A stretch of DNA of 15,405 bases. Origin: Candidatus Methylomirabilia bacterium (GTDB taxonomy: Bacteria; Methylomirabilota; Methylomirabilia; Rokubacteriales; CSP1-6). Below, in pieces: positions 14,891 to 15,405 of the stretch. The notes under the pieces were generated by a model. That model did no database searches. It worked only from the letters and a program-made list of their open reading frames with translations, and had not been told where the DNA came from. The translations under genes and the position numbers were made by a program. The DNA is taken from the NCBI GenBank assembly GCA_041496385.1, contig JBGQEL010000097.1, positions 1 through 15,405 on the forward strand. The letters are read 5' to 3'. The first letter of the stretch is position 1. Each line of letters starts with the position of its first letter.

Positions 14891-15405
14891 ATGGCCCAGC
14901 CGTTTTCGGGAGTCTGGCTGCCGATCATCACGCCGTTCGTTGACGGCGAGGTCGACTATGCCTGCTACGAGCGTCTCGTCGACCGCTACGTCCGCGCGGG
15001 CGTCGCCGGCGTCATTCCCCTCGGCACCACGGGCGAGAGTCCGACGGTCGACGAGGCGGAGGCCGAGGCGCTGGTCGAGCGCACGGTCGCCGTCGTCGCC
15101 GGTCGCGCGCCGGTCGTGATCGGCGTCGGCGGCAACGACACGCGCAAGGTCGTGAAGGCCGTCGGGCGCCTCGAGCGCCACGGGGTGCAGGGGATCCTCG
15201 CCGTGTGCCCCTACTACAACCGGCCGCCCCAGGACGGGCTCCGCGAGCACTTCCGACGCGTCGCCGAGGCCACCAACCGCCCGATCCTGATCTACAACAT
15301 CCCCTACCGCACGGGCGTCAACCTCGAGAACGAGACCCTCCTGGCGCTGGCCGAGCTGCCGAACATCGCGGGCGTGAAGGATTCGTCGGGCAACCTCGCC
15401 CAGTC
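14891..15405 (+). CDS. dapA: 4-hydroxy-tetrahydrodipicolinate synthase (DHDPS), 3'-truncated by window edge
   Basis: RBS GAAGGGAG. Translation MAQPFSGVWLPIITPF..LGTTGESPT..GVGGNDT..CPYYNRP..IYNIPYRTGVNL..NIAGVKDSSG contains the TT motif, catalytic Tyr, Arg138 equivalent and Schiff-base Lys. Confidence 0.9.
   Translation, partial: MAQPFSGVWLPIITPFVDGEVDYACYERLVDRYVRAGVAGVIPLGTTGESPTVDEAEAEALVERTVAVVAGRAPVVIGVGGNDTRKVVKAVGRLERHGVQGILAVCPYYNRPPQDGLREHFRRVAEATNRPILIYNIPYRTGVNLENETLLALAELPNIAGVKDSSGNLAQ

Overview
High-GC (roughly 70% by eye) bacterial window of densely packed metabolic genes. I saw no mobile elements, RNA genes or CRISPR arrays. Gene order: partial D-2-hydroxyacid dehydrogenase; Tat-exported PhoX/DUF839-like phosphatase preceded by an 11-bp-periodic Pho-box-like array; MFS transporter; a minus-strand pair (amidohydrolase, then HSL-family alpha/beta hydrolase); a divergent secreted AHL-lactonase-like MBL hydrolase; a putative catabolic operon (enolase-superfamily enzyme, SelA/DgaE-like PLP enzyme, ThDP enzyme, cupin, ABM, DinB); 4-HBT-type thioesterase; lipoprotein amidase; and a 3'-truncated dapA that the ORF track misses. 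The most interesting element is the dapA leader (14654-14890). It has a sigma70 promoter, a nearly leaderless 33-codon ORF with only two Lys codons, an intrinsic terminator, and a mutually exclusive antiterminator pairing encoded in the peptide's 'VARA' codons. This looks like a leader-peptide attenuator controlling a DapA that lacks the lysine-feedback residues. A short tract in the ThDP gene looks like clustered A-to-C miscalls that erase the NN cofactor motif. All calls come from motif reading only; no searches were run.
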